A stretch of DNA of 64,000 nucleotides from Eledone cirrhosa. Taxonomy: Eukaryota. Of this stretch, positions 59,650-64,000 are shown piece by piece (position 1 is the stretch's first letter; every line of letters begins with the position of its first letter). The DNA is taken from the NCBI GenBank assembly GCA_964016885.1, contig CAXHJY010000684.1:1-64000 (forward strand), in the 5' to 3' direction. The notes under the pieces are model-generated. The model was not told the DNA's origin. It made no database searches and saw only the letters and a list, made by a program, of their open reading frames with translations. The translations under genes and the position numbers were made by a program.

Positions 59650-60600
59650 TCGATAATTTAATACACCCGATACGATTCTTACTTTACACAAATTTATTTA
59701 ACTCTCATTGTCATTAATTTCTTCCTAATTTCTTGTAATTATTTAACTTGTACTTCAATATTGCTTCGCTAAGTGTGTGATCTTAACGTCAAATATTTCG
59801 TTCAAACTAAGCAACACCATTCTATTTGTTAGTTTAGTTTGCAGGTTACTCTTGAACATATTCTTTCAGTCGTGATATTGCTTCGTGGCACACTGTAAAT
59901 AGCCAATACGCATTATGATAAATTAAATGCTAACAGTTTGTGTCAATAGTTCTCTACTTTTCCAATTTTAGATTGGTCAGCCAAAGCAAATAGGCGAACA
60001 GCAGAAAGACGAGGTGAAAAAAGAATTGGTTTTGAAGGATTTCAATATTTCTAGATTTGAAGGCTTTCTATATTTCCAGATTTTTTTTTTTTTTTGCACA
60101 TCATTTGAAAACGAAATCCTAACCATTATTTTTTGCATATTAATATAGAGGTATGTGTTTTTTAGGGATGTTTCTGGCCAAACCGTTAGAGAAATCTTAT
60201 TCAAAGTAGATTTTGTTTCCGTGGGAGGTACTATGATTCTATCTCTATGTTCATTGCAAACCTCTTGTAAAATGTAAAATTGTATAGTTTATCGAAGATT
60301 CTATGGAAATATTCTATTCTGTTTTGCGAAAATAAATTAACGTAGGTCTCATAAATGATAAGGTTCATTAATGGTACCTTAGTACACCGCATTTAATGCC
60401 CTTGCACTATACGTGTTACTAGATTTATTTGAAAATGCACTTTTAATATACCGCACGAGCTAGGAATTATTTATACATTGTAACTTCTTGTAAACCATCT
60501 TGTGACAGAAAAAGAACACATTTTCAAAGGTTGGCTAGACTATATATATTTCCGTATATGATTCACTTTGTAGGGCAGATCCGTATATCATTGATAAGTT
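59650..60600 (-). pseudogene. Ancient CR1/Jockey-group reverse transcriptase relic
   Basis: Decayed minus-strand motifs in RT order: IYI..A..FENV (YxDxxKAFDxV-like, ~60530), GV..GTINEP...YVN (~60360), W......LYINMQK (ORF 59977-60204), AILKY (~59755). Confidence 0.5.
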
Positions 60601-60837
60601 CCTTTTAACACATAACCGATCCTCAAGAATATGGAAGCATGCTAAATAGAGAGAATGGAAAAAATGCATTTTAAGAGAATCAGGTTTGACAGCAAAAAAG
60701 AAAACTTTTTCACGATTTAGTGCATGTTAGCAATAGTTTTTCGAGCAGAAATTTACCGTAAAACTGAGCTACTAATTTGTAATTGTTTATTGTAACATGG
60801 ACACATAGATGTTTTTCACTAGCATTATCATTATCAA

Positions 60838-61173
60838 GGGCGTGGATTGGCAGTGTCGGTAGTGCATTCTGAGTTCAAATCCCGCCGAGGTTAACTTTGC
60901 CTTTCATCCTTACGGTGTCGAAAAAATAAAGTACCAGTAATACTGGCCTTGTGCCAAAAGTAGAAACAATTATCATTATCAAGGGCGCTGGATTGGCAGA
61001 ATCGGTAGAGCACCGGACACCCTGCTTCGCAGCATAGAGTTACGTCCTTTTATGTTGTGAGTTCAAATCCCGCCGAGGTTAACTTTGCCATTCACCCTTA
61101 TGAGGTCGAAAAAATAAAGTACCAGTAATGCACTGGGGTAAATGCTGGCCTTGTGCCAAAAGTAGAAACAATT
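60838..61173 (+). mobile_element. Tandem dimer of SINE family 1 (deleted copy plus full copy)
   Basis: 60838-60971 with two internal deletions, then 60983-61173; ATTATCATT occurs before, between and after the copies. Confidence 0.9.
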
Positions 61174-61467
61174 ATCATTTGACTCGTCAAAAGGGTAGTG
61201 GCTATTATTTAAATTTAACTTGTTCTTTCAGTAAAGGGGGAGTAACAATATATGTGCAATGTTTAATGTTCTTTACAGTTTTAAATCGGTTACAATTGAT
61301 GATGAAGGAATCCCTGCAATAATTATAATCAATACATCTGAATGATCGACTCTACGAATACTTGTACAGCAAGCAACACATTCTGCTAACTGTAGTACTA
61401 ATTTTGTTGTTTCTTATACGGTACAACATTCGTAGTTCCATGGTTTAATACTTTAATTGATTCGGTT

Positions 61468-61513
<46 letters not shown>

Positions 61514-62050
61514 GTATATACATATAAATACTTATCATGAATCTGTATTTACTGATCTAATATATATATATATTAATTCGTTAATTTACAATTATGATTG
61601 AATCTGAAGAAAACAATGAAAACGAATTCCAGTGATCCTTCTCAAGAAAATGTCGTACAAACTTAAACCAGGGAGATATCAGGGGATGTATTTGATTAAA
61701 ATACTAAATGTTCCCCAATATTTAGGTATGATATAATAGATATTATGTGTGTAGGGAATGTAAGTAAGGGTCAAAGCAGCATATTCAAATAAGATTGGGC
61801 TTATCTACATTTACATGGCAGGAAATATAAAAACACACAACATTTATTGATATGGTTTAATCAATAGTCTTTTATTCGTGGATCGTAGACAGACAAGAAT
61901 TTTCGAGAAATTCTTCGGTATTTCCCTTCCATTTTCATGTTGCATATTTTTCTTTCAGTTCACATCATATACCTTAAATGATGACATTATATATTCCAAC
62001 TTCACTTTGTTTTTGTTTTTTTTTAACTTCAGAAGTGTAAGAATAAAATA

Positions 62051-62233
62051 ATTGTATCTACTTTTGGCACAAGGCCAGTAATTACCCTAGTGTATTACTG
62101 GTACTTTATTTTATCGACCCCGTAAGGATGAAAGGCAAAGTTAACCTCGGCGGGATTTGAACTCAGATCATAAAGGGCCGTAACTATGCTGGAAAGCATG
62201 GCGTCCGACCCTCTACCGATAGTACCAATCCAT
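62051..62233 (-). mobile_element. SINE family 1, full length with TSD
   Basis: TSD GAATAAAATAAT at 62041-62052 and 62235-62246. Confidence 0.92.
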
Positions 62234-64000
62234 CGAATAAAATAATGATATGTAAACAAAAGCATCCAGAAATGTAAAAAACACCTACTCGAATAGCATA
62301 TAAAGAAAACTTATATCGTCTATCAATCATCTGGATGTCAGCTTTTGACATCGAGTTGATTTCGTGTTATATAATAGTTAATGTTTGTTCAACAGAGCAG
62401 ATGTGACATATATTTCTAGGATGGAATAGTTTTATATCTATATTCATATTAATACATTATTTAGTTGTGCAATCTAAGATATTTTAAGGTATGATAACAA
62501 CGCACATTAAATATAAACGCACACATGCACTAATACAAACAACCGCACACACACATTTACACACACTATTGATAATTCAAGTTGAATGCACAGGCTCCAT
62601 TCCTTTTTTTTTAAATACCTCAAAACTGAAATCAAAATAGATCGACCGTAAACTATATTAGTGTTTTTTTCTAACAAAATGCGATAAGAAAACCTGGGGA
62701 ATTCGCATTTCTATTTCAATATCTAGGTTATTCTTTCAGATTTACGACAGTTTATATTAATTTTCAATTTGTAAATTACGAGACACATTTCTCAATCTCC
62801 AAACAACAATTATAATCACAATTACCACCATTCTCATACTCATCCTCACCCTCCTCTTCATCATTATTATCACATGAATTTTTCTTTTCAATAATGCCAT
62901 AGCAACAGGGAATAGAGGTCATTATCACCGCATTAATTATGACAAAACTTTTAACTAAATTAATCATAGTTTAAGTCGATATAACACATTTCCCTGACAT
63001 TAGTTGCCGTGGTGGAATTGATTATAGGTGTCAGCTTCAAATGAAGCACAGATGAACTGGAGGTAACAGTGAGGTGGTGATGGAGCTGATGTGAGATCGA
63101 ATTGTAGAAAGTAATTCATTTCTGTTTTTGCAGGCAGATGTCGTAACAGAGATGCTTAGAATGCTTTGCTAGTAAGTAGTATTGGTATTATTACTATTAT
63201 TATTGGTAGTAGTATTCGTAGTAGTAGATTTAATAGTAATAATAATAATAACAATAATTATGATAATTGCTAAAGTTGTAATAATTAAAGCAAAAGTCGT
63301 GGATTAGTATTACTGGTATCACTAATACTAATACTAATATATCATTTATAATAGCAGAATTAACTGTAAAAATGTTAGGGATTGCATTCGAAGGCATAGG
63401 AATTATCTCCCTTGCTTGTTGCTTCTAGATTTTACATATTCCGAAAGGAAGTTTTTATCTACTAATTGCATGCAATATCTCAGTTACACAAATTTCTAGT
63501 ATAGCCTTTGTGAGTCCCAACCGTATATGTATTTATTTCACCGAGCAATTCCCTGATGCATTTTACCTCAGCAATATTATTAATATTGTTTTTCTTTATA
63601 ACAACAATATTATTCCGCCATTTTCCAATTTAAACAGAATCAATTAAGCTTCGCTTTATCTCTCTTAGATAGAATCATCACAGGTAATTCTATTGTCTAA
63701 TATACCAACATTACTTGTTTTCCTTATATTCAGAAGACAATATCTTTTGTTATCAACATCTATTTTTCGTAAAGATGAAATTTTGAATTTATTTATTTTT
63801 CATTGCAATCTCAATTGTTAAATGGCTTCTCTTTACTATAGCTATACAAAGTATCAACTTTCCAAAACAATATATTCTATATCTTTTATTGACCAATATA
63901 TTCTTTAAAATTTTTCAACATTTTCTAAATATCGATTTGTTTTTCCTGTACATTAGAAGTTGTCGGAAGCCTTTTTTTTTTTATTCGCCTGTCTTTGTAT

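Overview
AT-rich, repeat-dominated eukaryotic DNA with no supportable host protein-coding gene. The SINE types and extreme microsatellite load suggest a coleoid cephalopod (octopus), which is inference. The long ORFs in the track are translations of (TA)n, (CA)n, (GA)n, (TAG)n, (GAT)n and (TATG)n arrays. Real content: about 15 copies of one young tRNA-derived SINE (several with TSDs), older CORE-type SINEs, two non-autonomous Helitrons, a Tigger/pogo-like MITE, and 3' fragments of non-LTR retrotransposons each sitting in a different microsatellite (R4/Dong-like in (TAA)n and (CATA)n, Tx1/L1-like in (TATC)n, RTE-like in (TA)n). There are also ancient CR1/L2-like RT relics and a decayed Penelope GIY-YIG endonuclease. 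The most notable signal is a set of short non-coding cassettes embedded in (TA)n tracts. They belong to several unrelated sequence families, many carry minimal type I hammerhead ribozyme motifs (one family with a U3-A8 core covariation), and many are arranged as fold-back inverted duplications, as expected for Penelope pLTR or retrozyme-like retroelements.
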